Source: Nitrospirota bacterium (GTDB lineage: Bacteria; Nitrospirota; UBA9217). Taken from it: 64,000 nt of DNA. Below are positions 1 through 9,818 of the stretch, one piece after another (the first letter of the stretch is position 1; each line of letters starts with the position of its first letter). Below the pieces are notes generated by a model. It saw only the letters and a list, made by a program, of their open reading frames with translations, did not search any database and was not told the DNA's origin. The stretch is from the NCBI GenBank assembly GCA_963796285.1, contig CAWCKW010000012.1, positions 320,001 to 384,000 on the forward strand, in the 5' to 3' direction. The translations under genes and the position numbers were made by a program.

Positions 1-1375
1 CAATCCTTGCTTTATCGTGACGGGATCACGATCGATGGTCTGTCCACTCTTGCTGAGGAGCTGGAGGCCCTCTGGGCAAAGGAGATCCTTGACCAGTATA
101 TGCAATGTTCCGGTGATCCCCTGGATGCGCTCCGTATTGCGCTTGCTGGCTCCGCACCGTTCGACGCTTTCTACCGGGATGCCGGTTGCCGTTCTGATCG
201 ATGATTTTCATTGGATGAAGGGTCTTCATCTTGAAGGTGTCCCTGATCACCGGCTGGCGTCACTTTTTCAAGAGCCGATGTCTCACAGAAAAACGCCCCA
301 TGTGATCACGGGGAACATGGCCGAGCTCCAGGAGATGGCCGTGGTGAGCGGTCTTGAGCGGATACCGGTCCCTCCGCTTGGATCCGAGGCGGCCTCGTCG
401 ATGGTCCTTGCTCTCCTGAATGCACAAGAGGCGGAGGGCAACGTGCCTCCACTTCTATTGCGTCATCTTGGCGGAAACCCGTATTACCTCGGTCGCATCG
501 TCACCAGGGCGTGCGCAAAGAACAATCCAGATGATAAGGATTTTTGGAATGCCTATATTCAGGAGATCATGGAAGGAGCACTTGCCCTCTCGTGGTTGAC
601 GGTCCTGAAGAGCTATTTCCCTGACCTGGGGCAGAGGAGAACTGCCCTCGACAATAATCTCTAAAATCTATCATACTACCGAGGCCCTGTCCTGCCAGCG
701 GATCGCGAAGGTTTTTGCGTTGACTGACGGCGAGGCGCATGGTATTCTTAATGCGCTGTATCTTGCTGGTTTTATTCGCGGAGAGTTTGGCAGCTTCAGG
801 CCAATGGACGACCGGGTGTTGCGGGACATCGTTGATGCTCTCTCCATGAGGGAGATCCTGTCGAAGTCCCCTCATGACCTGGAAATGCACTTTCTTGAAG
901 CGCTGTTACCGCAAAAGGGACAGGTTGTCCGCTTTGACATGACACTCCCGATGGCCAGAGAGGCGGAGCTCATTGTTGCCCAGAGTCTTGAGCAGATCGG
1001 CAAAAATCTTAATCTCAACCAGGATGCCATCGGTCAACTGCAAATAGCTGTTATCGAGGCTTGTATCAACGCCATTGAACACGGCAGGGGGATGGATGAT
1101 AAGATCTATGTCAGCGTTGCGGTTGATGGGGACCAGACTGGAGGTTTCGGTCGAAAGTGCCGGACAGGAGTTCATCATCCAGGAAACGGGAGAACCTTAC
1201 CGGGACCAGGAAGCTGAGAAAAAAGCAGGAAGAGGATGGGGGATAAAATTAATGAAACGCTTTGTGGATCACGTCAGGTTTGAAAAAACACACATACGGC
1301 ACAAAAATAGTGCTCGTCAAAAAGATCGAAAAGTCTGCAGGCATTCACAAGGAGGATACGGCAAACCATGAGTAA
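1..1375 (+). CDS. Partial multidomain protein ending in an anti-sigma-factor Ser/Thr kinase (RsbW/SpoIIAB-type HATPase_c) domain; N-terminal part resembles an AAA/P-loop ATPase-associated region; split by several frameshifts
   Basis: ORFs 17-664, 720-1217 and 1075-1371 join into one product. Motifs 'LIDDFH' (Walker B-like) and 'LGGNPYYL'; C-terminal 'IAVIEACINAIEHG' (N-box) and 'GRGWGIKLMKRFVDHVRF' (G2 box). The start lies upstream of the window. Confidence 0.75.
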
Positions 1376-1722
1376 TTTTACTTTGTCATCCAGATCAGAA
1401 CAGGACATAGCCGTCATGATGCCAAAAGGGTACATCAATACCATCGGTGCAGAACGAACTCGAATCGACGAGTGAAGAGTTTATTGGCCATGGATCGAAA
1501 AAGCTTGTTGTTAATTTTTCCGATGTTAAATTTATCAACACCATCGGGCTTTCCATTTTTTTAAGCATGGTGCAGAATATGCTGGAATCCAACAGCCTGC
1601 TTTGTTTCACGAATATGAAGAAGGACCATCGAGAGATGTTCGAGATGGCGGGATTGATAAAACATGTTAGGGTGTTTAAGGATGAAAAGGATGCCTTCAA
1701 TTATTTGAACGGAAGAAGTTAA
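1368..1722 (+). CDS. STAS-domain anti-sigma-factor antagonist (one frameshift near 1440)
   Basis: ATG at 1368 after GGAGG; 'PKGYIN..', 'KLVVNFSDVKFINTIGLSIF', 'EMFEMAGL' match the SpoIIAA/RsbV pattern. Confidence 0.85.
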
Positions 1723-1723
1723 G

Positions 1724-3090
1724 ATGTCGAACAGTAAGTTTCAGCTCAAGCGCTTGATGTTCAGCATTGCTTCGCTGGTCGATCTGGGACAGGAGGCAAC
1801 GTCCTCCAAGGACCTGTCGGCAAAAATGAAATCCGCACTCTATGTCATTACCGGTACGTTTTCCGTGCCGAGGGCAGCCCTATTTGTTTACCATCCCAGG
1901 CAGAGAAGTCTGGAACTTCTTGCTGGTAAGGGATATAAAGAGAGTGCCTGCCTGCAGATTAAATTATCTGTTCTGCCGCAGCATATTAAGCATTTTCATG
2001 TGAACGAGCCGCATTCCATTCATGAGATGGCCGGGGGCTCTTTTTACGAACGGAATGATCAGGTGTTTTCGAAGTTGCAGACAAGGCTCTTCATCCCGCT
2101 CTTTGCCAAAGATGAGTTTGTCGGTGCTATTGCGCTCGGCAAGAAACTCGGCCGGGAATCCTTCCGTCAGAACGAAAAAGATGTTCTCCGGGTCGTAGCG
2201 CACCAAATGGCGATAACGCTGTATAATGTGACACTTTTCGGGGAACTTACCAAGAAGGCCGCGGAAAACAAGAAACTCTATGAAAGCATGCGCCGCATTT
2301 ACCATGACACCATCCAGGCATTTTCCGCAGCCATCGACGCCAAGGATGGGTATACCAAAAGACCATTCCTATCGTGTGGCATGTTATGCCGTCGCTATTG
2401 CACGGGAGCTCGGATGGAAGAAGAAGGATGTTGAGGGCCTTTATGTCGCCGGTCTGCTCCACGATATCGGGAAGATCATCATTGACACCAAGGTCATTAA
2501 AAAGGGAGAAGGGCTTACGACCCTTGAAAAAAAGGAAATAAATAAACATCCGCAGATATCATACGATATCCTTTCAAAGATCAAGTTCCCCTGGAAGAAT
2601 ATTGAACGGTTTGTGCTGCATCATCATGAGCGGCTTGATGGAAAAGGATATCCAGATGCGCTCCGGTCAACGGAACTGAGCGACGGTGAAAAGATCCTTG
2701 CACTCGTCGATGCCTTTGATGCGATGACCACGGACCGGCCGTATCGGGACAAATTGGGGCTCGATGAAGCATTCCAGTGAAGTAATAAAATGTGGCGGAA
2801 CTCAATTTGATGAGCAGATAACGAGTACTTTTTTCAATTTACTGCTTCGAGAATTGAGCGGTGAGGTTAAAGATCTGCAGATACTCCCGCACTTGCGCAG
2901 CAACGAAACAGATCCGTCGCCACGGAACTGGGGTTGGGTCCAAGCGTCTGGCTCTACCGGCGGTTCTTGCAGGGATAAACGCGAAAGTCCAGATCCGCTA
3001 TTCTCCCGGCGCGAATCGGAGGGAGAAGATAGTGGAAAGCAGCCTCGAGGATCATGGACCAAGCCCCTGTATGTGACTAGACACAAATAG
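1724..3090 (+). CDS. GAF + HD-GYP phosphodiesterase (frameshifts near 2360 and 2775; true stop uncertain, 2900-3090)
   Basis: GAF segment 'LFIPLFAKDEFVGAIALG...VLRVVAHQMAITL'; 'AAIDAKDGYT..HSYRVA', 'LLHDIGK', 'HHHERLDGKGYP', 'DAFDAMTTDRPYR', 'GTQFD'. Confidence 0.88.
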
Positions 3091-3144
3091 TAAGCATGCC
3101 CGGTGGTACGCAGTAAATGTTCACACCGTGACAAAGGGTAAACG

Positions 3145-3180
3145 ACGCAAAAAGCGGTGATTGCTCACCGCTTTTTGCGT
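3145..3180. terminator. Intrinsic, probably bidirectional, terminator
   Basis: Perfect 16-bp stem acgcaaaaagcggtga-ttgc-tcaccgctttttgcgt with A/T tracts on both arms. Confidence 0.85.
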
Positions 3181-3507
3181 TACATGGGAATGTTTTAAGA
3201 GGCAGATTTTCTGCGGTTTATCCCGGATCTTCTATCTTTTCCACTTCTCCGTTCCACGCTCTTGTAGTGTGGATCATCTAACTTTCTTCTATTTTCAATG
3301 GATCGTCTAATCATATAATTTTAACCAGTTTCATCATATATTTTGTTGATTTGTTTCGCAGTTTTTCTGAAAGAGATAATCTGGTTTTATTATGTCAGTT
3401 TTTTATAAGCAAAAGTGCCCGTTGCGCGAATGCCAAATCAGTCCAGTATGTTGCTCTGAATGCAGTCTAAAATATTTTTATTTTCATACAGTTGAGTGAC
3501 ACTTCAC

Positions 3508-3699
3508 TTCGCTCAGGGTGATGAAAACAAGTTTTGATTCGACAGAATTATTATTGCACATGTCATGCCAATTTTACAACTAATTGATTTATAATAATAT
3601 TTTATATTACTATTTAGCAATATATGATAGTGTATTATTCCCCGACAGGTAGAAAGGGAAAGTTAATATTGCACAAAGCCATTTTTCACCCTGAGTGAA
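3508..3699. repeat. 14-bp inverted repeat pair (1 mismatch) bracketing a ~165-bp AT-rich segment
   Basis: ttcgctcagggtga (3508-3521) and tcaccctgagtgaa (3686-3699). Confidence 0.7.
3555..3570 (-). promoter_or_regulatory. sigma54-like -24/-12 element on the minus strand
   Basis: Minus strand reads TGGCAT-GACAT-GTGCA versus consensus TGGCAC-N5-TTGCA; GG/GC spacing is correct. Confidence 0.35.
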
Positions 3700-4128
3700 A
3701 CGAGAATTTCGTAATTACTCAGAAGAGGATTTGTGAAACTTCTATCGAAGTGTTATACTAATAAAGTAGTATACGGTATAGTCGTTTTACAAAAAATTTC
3801 TTTCTGTTCAGAGTGACGATGTGTGGCTTGGGGAACGACAGAAAAGATTAATTGGAGTTCGTGCAGCAGGTTTGTATGCGGCTTATTTTGCATACTACTT
3901 ATTGCTGATATTCTCTTTTTGCCCATAAACTTTAGTATCCCCCATATATACCCCATTTAGGGTATTGCAATTTGTTCATAAAAAGAGTAATAATAGACAG
4001 TTAAAAAAAACTTTGTCAGGATTTTTTACATCTATTTGAAGAGAAATTATGTATGTACTGTCCCCGTTTGAGAGCGATTACAATACAACCTTGAACCTGA
4101 CAGTATCAGACTTTACATTAAAAGAAAG

Positions 4129-4941
4129 ATGGTAAGCACAATGAAAAAAAACATATTCGTTATCGTGCTCGTACTCTTGTTTACTTCGTCGCTATGGGCA
4201 TCAGATTATCTGATCGGGGAAGGGGATACACTCATGGTCTCCGTCTGGGGCGAGAAGGACCTGACCCTCTCGGTGGTAGTCCGTCCCGATGGAAAGATCT
4301 CGATCCCCGCCGTGGGTGAAGTCATGGCCGCTAATACCACGGTAAAGGAACTTCAAACGACGCTTACCGGAAAATTCGGGAGGATCGTAAAAAACCCCAT
4401 TGTGACGGTCATGGTCACCGGGATCACGAACAATAAGGTTTATCTATACGGAGGTGGCGTCAAGTTAGGCGTATATACCCTGACCCAGCGTACGAGTCTC
4501 CTCCAGCTCTTGTGCCAAATAGAGGATGTCAGGAAGGCCGACCTGAAAAAAGCCTATGTACTCAGGAATGGGGAAAAGATCAAAGAGGATTTTACAAAAT
4601 TGTATTTCCAGGGAGACACGAGAGAAGACATCGCCATAGAATCGAACGACATCATATATATTTCGACAAATGTGAATAAGAACGTTTATGTGATGGGGGC
4701 CGTGAATACGCCGAAGTTTGTCGAGTATCGTGATGGTCTTACGGTCATGGAAGCGATCCTCGAAGCCGGAGGATTCACGAAATTCGCGAGCCCGAACGAT
4801 ACGATGATCTATCGGAAAGATGGCGCCCGTGAGATCACGATAACCGTCAAGATGAATAAACTTATCAATAACGGTGACCTCACTCAGAACGCCCGGCTTC
4901 AGCCGGGTGATTATATTGTTGTCAAGGAAAGTCTGTTTTAG
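4129..4941 (+). CDS. wza: Polysaccharide export protein (Wza/Poly_export + SLBB domains)
   Basis: Signal peptide; 'YLIGEGDTLMVSVWGEKDL...VRPDGKISIP'; 'VYVMGAVNTP...LTVMEAILEAGG...LQPGDYIVV'. Confidence 0.92.
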   Translation: MVSTMKKNIFVIVLVLLFTSSLWASDYLIGEGDTLMVSVWGEKDLTLSVVVRPDGKISIPAVGEVMAANTTVKELQTTLTGKFGRIVKNPIVTVMVTGITNNKVYLYGGGVKLGVYTLTQRTSLLQLLCQIEDVRKADLKKAYVLRNGEKIKEDFTKLYFQGDTREDIAIESNDIIYISTNVNKNVYVMGAVNTPKFVEYRDGLTVMEAILEAGGFTKFASPNDTMIYRKDGAREITITVKMNKLINNGDLTQNARLQPGDYIVVKESLF

Positions 4942-5151
4942 TTGGTACGGAATAAAATTCTTCTCGAAATGAAGAAAAATAGAGCCACAAAGGTCATCGA
5001 GCGCATACCCTGCTCTTGCGAAGCGCGGGCACAAGCAGAGAAAGACTCGCAGTAATCTCATACCGATAAGATTTTGCTTTCTATTTTTACCTCTGTGTTC
5101 GCTGTAGCAAAAGCTTGTTGGTTCCGGCTTGACCGGGTTAGGAGAACGGAC

Positions 5152-6371
5152 GTGGAACAAACTCAGGAACTGGACATTAAACGCTATCTTCACCTCATGG
5201 TGAAACGGCGTTACCTTTTTGCGATCACGGCCGCCTTCATCATTACTGCAGTGGTCATCATAAGTCATTTCATACCACCGGTTTATGAGGCCGAGACCCT
5301 CGTTTCCATCGATAAAAGCTTTTTAAACAAGTGTCCTTAAAAATATTAGCGGGCACGGAAGCGATCGATGATAAATCCGCGGCACTTTCAACGATCATGA
5401 CGAGCAGGACCATGGTTTTAAAACTGCTCAGCGATCTTGGCGTAGATATGAAGCGGATGACCGAAGCACAGGTCGAGGGCTTCATCAAGAACACGCAGAA
5501 CATGACGCAGATCAATGATTCAGCAGATCGAGCGGATCTGTAGACTTTTTCACGGTTTCTTTTCGGAACCAGGATCCTCGATTTGCGAGGGATTACGTGA
5601 ATAAAGTGGTCAGTAAGTATATTGAGACAAGCATCGGCTCCAAGAGAGAGGACTCATCCGGCGCCAACACGTTTCTCCTGGACCAGATCAACCAGCAAAA
5701 GGAGAAAGTAGGCAAACTCGATCGCGGAGATCGCAGTGCTGAAAAAAGACGAAGATATTATTCTGTATAGCAAATTACTTGAATTGCAAAAGCGGCGCGA
5801 TGATCTTCTCGTCCAGTACACGGAACATCATCCCGAGGTGCTCAAAGCGCAATCCGCGATCGAGGCGCTCAAGGCGAAATACACTATTTCACCGCAAAAA
5901 CTGGCGTACGCTGTAAATGGCGTTAACCGGCTGGCCAGCCTTGAGCACGAGCTCGAATTCAGCAAAAAGATATACGACGAATTGACAGTGGCCTATGGTA
6001 AATCCGAGTTGTCTACCCAGGCAGAGTTGCAGGACAAAGCGGGAACATTCAAGATCGTGGACCCCGCTGTCCTTCCCATCACGCCGGTCAGCCCGAACCG
6101 CATCAAGATCATCTTGCTGGGGATCGTTGCAGGGATGGCGGGCGCAGCCGGTCTTATCGTGCTCCTCGATGTCTTTGATGATTCCATTAAGAGCGTTGAT
6201 GCGATCAAGAGTTTAGGCATCCCCGTGCTTGCTATCATCCCGCATATTCAGGACCCCCATGCATTGATCAGGTCGAGGAGAAAAGATATCTGCTTCTACA
6301 CGTTATCCGGATTGTATGTCGTGCTCCTGGTCGCCGTCATAGTCCTGGAACAACTTAGATTGCTCGGTTAA
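5152..6371 (+). CDS. Polysaccharide chain-length determinant (GumC/Wzz/Wzc N-terminal half), frameshifted
   Basis: GTG at 5152; 'LDIKRYLHLMVKRRY..TM..PPVYEAETLV'; 'YTEHHPEV'; 'FKIVDPAVLPITPVSPNR..TM..DDSIKS'. Confidence 0.88.
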
Positions 6372-6635
6372 TTGCTAAAGAAGCAACTTCTTCTCAAAGG
6401 GGAAAGAAAAAAAAGGAAATGTCTTGGACAGGGTAGCGGGATCAACAGGATCGTAAAATCCGCATATCGTAATTCGATTTCATCCCGCTTGTGGCTTTAT
6501 GGCTGTTGTCCTGTCAAAAAGATTTGCTTCCGGCTTGACCGGGTAGAAAGGAAAGAATGAACGAACTTCAAAACGCGATGGAAAAGGAGATCGGCCTCAA
6601 AAAAGTGAACACCAGGAACGGCGACAGAAGCCGTT

Positions 6636-7406
6636 GTGAAAAGGGCTGCACACTTCGAACCTGGGGAGGCTAAGGGAATGACGATGCATCCAAACAATCC
6701 CTGTATCATCACACATGGGAGCCTTGACTCACCCATTAGCGAAGAGTATCGAAAACTGAAAACCGTAATTCTGCGGATGACCAAGGATGAGTTCCGGAAT
6801 ACGGTCATGGTGACCAGCTCGGTCAGCGGAGAGGGGAAAAGCCTCACGAGCGCTAACCTGGCCATCATGATGGCCAGGGAATACGGACAAACCGTGCTGC
6901 TGGTTGATTCTGACCTGCGGAGGCCTTCACTCCATGAGTATCTCGGCATGGCGCCCCACGTCGGTCTTGCCGACTGTCTTGAAGACAGGATAGATGCCGG
7001 GAGGGCCATCGTGAAGACCGGGATACAGAAACTCTCATTTATGTCGGCGGGGAAAAAAGTGGAGAATCCGGGTGAGCTCCTTACATCGCAGCGAATGAGG
7101 GAGTTTCTGCTGGAGCTGAAGCACCGATACCAGGATCGATATATTATTATTGACACACCGCCGATACTTCTGTTCGCTGAAACCCAGGCCATAAGCATGC
7201 TTGTTGACGGGGTTCTCGTCGTAGTAAAAGAGGGCGGCGCTTCTCTAAAAGGTCTCACCCAAGTGTTCGAGGTCCTGAAAGGTTCAACCGTGCTTGGTAT
7301 TGTGTATAACGAAGCAAGTACCACGGTCCTGGGTGGAAAGTATTACGACCACTATCATCACTACTACCATGAAGGTCACTTGGAGAAAAAGCAGAAGAAA
7401 CGTTGA
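6636..7406 (+). CDS. BY-kinase, polysaccharide tyrosine autokinase (CpsD/CapB type)
   Basis: 'SEEYRKLKT', Walker A 'SSVSGEGKS', 'VLLVDSDLRRP', Walker B 'IIIDTPP', C-terminal Tyr cluster. The real start may be ATG 6557 with a frameshift. Confidence 0.93.
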   Translation: MKRAAHFEPGEAKGMTMHPNNPCIITHGSLDSPISEEYRKLKTVILRMTKDEFRNTVMVTSSVSGEGKSLTSANLAIMMAREYGQTVLLVDSDLRRPSLHEYLGMAPHVGLADCLEDRIDAGRAIVKTGIQKLSFMSAGKKVENPGELLTSQRMREFLLELKHRYQDRYIIIDTPPILLFAETQAISMLVDGVLVVVKEGGASLKGLTQVFEVLKGSTVLGIVYNEASTTVLGGKYYDHYHHYYHEGHLEKKQKKR

Positions 7407-7448
7407 AAAAGGCTCAGCGGGGAGGGCGTAGAGCAATCGCTTAATTCA

Positions 7449-7953
7449 ATGATGACTGAAAACTGGTATGCGCTCCGGGTAAGATCGCGTCATGAGTTCG
7501 TTACTTCCGAAGAGCTTACGCGGAAGGACATCGAGAATTTTCTCCCGTCCGTTTCAAGAATGCGTCAATGGAAAGATAGAAAAAAAACCGTGGATTTTCC
7601 GCTCTTTCCTGGATATGTATTCGTTCACCTTGATCCGCGTCCTGGAGCATTTTTGAATGTCTTGAAGACACGCGGGTCTGTGGGTTTCGTTTCGCTGGAG
7701 CCCGGGCATCCGACCTCCGTGTCACCGGCAGAGATCGCATCTCTCAGGGCAATGCTCATGAGCGGGGAGCAGCTCGATGTCTTCCCTGCATTTAAGGAAG
7801 GAACGGCTGTGCGGGTGAAGCATGGCCCGTTGCGCGGCACGGTCGGCATCCTGGCAAAGCGGGAAGGCCGCCAGATGTTCCTTATCAATATCGACATTCT
7901 CGGCAGGAGTGTCGGCTTGAAGATCTCGCGCCGAGGATGTTGAACTGGCATGA
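7449..7953 (+). CDS. UpxY/RfaH-family transcription antiterminator (NusG paralogue); frameshift near 7930
   Basis: 'WYALRVRSRHE', 'RQWKDRKKTVDFPLFPGYVFV', KOW 'GTAVRVKHGPLRG'. Confidence 0.9.
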
Positions 7954-8232
7954 TCTTGAAGAAATAATTGCCACGGATCAACGGATTGACGGAATTTTAA
8001 AGCCTGGATCAAATTCATGAGTCACTAATTTGGTGAATTTATTGAAACCAGCAATGCGATAGTTTTTTAGTCATTCGCGTGTTACTGGGAAGCGCTCAAT
8101 GCCGGTCATTTGCAGTTATCTGTTGTTATGAAGCCGATGCCTGCATGTCCTCAATATGATCGACATGCAGTGAGAAGGTACCGCTTATTTTTTACCCCCT
8201 TGGTTACTGACTGTAACTGAGAGGGCGAAGCA

Positions 8233-9576
8233 TTGTCTAACGTATTCTACTCCTTCAGCAAACCAGCGAGAATATCTATTCATACTAAGTTGACTGAACA
8301 TGCTTTCCACCAACGCTGCCTCGCGCTGAAAAGCAGAACCGGCAACGCCCTCATTTACTTCATGGTCTGCATCCTGAGCGCGTTGTCAATGATGTCTCCC
8401 GATCGTGTCGTGGGCGCAGAATTCCGGATACAGACGGGCATTGCGCTGAGTGAGGAGTATAACGATAATATATTTCTCGTACCAGGGAAGAGGGAATATG
8501 ACTATATTACCGGGATCTCGCCCTCGATCAATATTATATATAATGTTCCTTTATGGGATTGGAAGGTTGACTATGTTTATGATTATCTTCATTATGACCG
8601 ACATCATATAACTCAGGATCAAACGCACACCCTCAATCTTACAAACCACACCAGGATCGTAGATGAATATATCTTTCTCGATATCCAGGACAAATACGCA
8701 AGGGTATCGCTCGATCCTACCAGAGACTACACTAAGGAAAGTACCTTTGTGAACCAGACAGACAGTAATTCCCTGACGGTAAACCCTTATTTCATCGTAA
8801 GGCCCACATCTCAAATGACCGTTACGACTGGATATACCTTTTCGAATATCTGGTACAAGGACCCAACCGCCATCGACCAGACAGAAGATACCGTTTATAC
8901 AGGGCTGCAGGAGGACCTGTCGCAAAGGTCTCACATGACTGCCGGTATCATGCATACTCAGAACAGGAATAGCGTTCAGGACTACACGCAGGATGATGTG
9001 TATCTTGGAGAGACATATGAGTATATAGAGAACTCCACGCTCTCGATAAGAGTAGGCAACAGTTGGTTTGACTTCAAGGGCGCAGGAAAAACCAGCCAGG
9101 TGTATTGGGATGCCAATTTCAAGCACCGTTATTCAACAATGACAGTTACTTATGAAACCGGTATGCGCTTCATCCCCGACCCTAGTCTAATAGTACGAAG
9201 AGAGGACCGCTATCTGGCAACTGTCAGTAAAGATGTCGAGAGGACTTCTCTGCTTGTTTCCGGCGGTCTGATAGAATACAGGAACATTACAAATAAACAC
9301 CTTGAAAGCTCAAGTTATCAAGTGAATGGCTCGATGAGTCATGCGATAACGACAAAATCAAAGATCATCCTCAATCTTGGTGCGCAACGCTTGAAGGATT
9401 ATCTGGTATATACAACAACGGACATATATCTTACGGGAGTGCGGTTTGAACATCTGGCCGCGGAAAATCTGACGTTGGCCCTGGATTACCGATATACCAA
9501 TGCATATTCGCCTGACGTTTACTCGAATAATTACGTTAATAACAGGTTCTTAGTTGAAATACGGATGGCCTTTTAA
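8233..9576 (+). CDS. Outer-membrane beta-barrel protein of EPS loci (TIGR03016-like); likely start near 8362
   Basis: 'SEEYNDNI', 'DYITGISPSI', alternating aromatic beta-strands, C-terminal 'NRFLVEIRMAF' ending in Phe. Confidence 0.8.
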   Translation: MSNVFYSFSKPARISIHTKLTEHAFHQRCLALKSRTGNALIYFMVCILSALSMMSPDRVVGAEFRIQTGIALSEEYNDNIFLVPGKREYDYITGISPSINIIYNVPLWDWKVDYVYDYLHYDRHHITQDQTHTLNLTNHTRIVDEYIFLDIQDKYARVSLDPTRDYTKESTFVNQTDSNSLTVNPYFIVRPTSQMTVTTGYTFSNIWYKDPTAIDQTEDTVYTGLQEDLSQRSHMTAGIMHTQNRNSVQDYTQDDVYLGETYEYIENSTLSIRVGNSWFDFKGAGKTSQVYWDANFKHRYSTMTVTYETGMRFIPDPSLIVRREDRYLATVSKDVERTSLLVSGGLIEYRNITNKHLESSSYQVNGSMSHAITTKSKIILNLGAQRLKDYLVYTTTDIYLTGVRFEHLAAENLTLALDYRYTNAYSPDVYSNNYVNNRFLVEIRMAF

Positions 9577-9818
9577 TCTTGGACACGACCACACCGCTGT
9601 TCACCGAATAACAAAGCCGATCCGTAAAACCGAACCCGGGCGAGTTAACAGTTAGATGCCAAATGACAAGCGCCAGGCTGCAGATAATACCCGTTATCGA
9701 ACGTCAATTGTCCTGAACTCGTTAGGACATATTTTTTGAGATTTGGAATGCATTTATAAGGTATAATTTGAAAATTGGGATGTTACTATAATACAATTCA
9801 GCAAGACGGAGACGTTCT

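Noticed and set aside
2981-3000. GAAAGTCC as the RNase P RNA signature
   Set aside because: It lacks the full GAGGAAAGUCC, the 3' ACAGAA..CGGCUUA partner and the required length.
4129-9576. PEP-CTERM/exosortase system
   Set aside because: The export genes resemble those of such loci, but no exosortase or PEP-CTERM tail is visible in this window.
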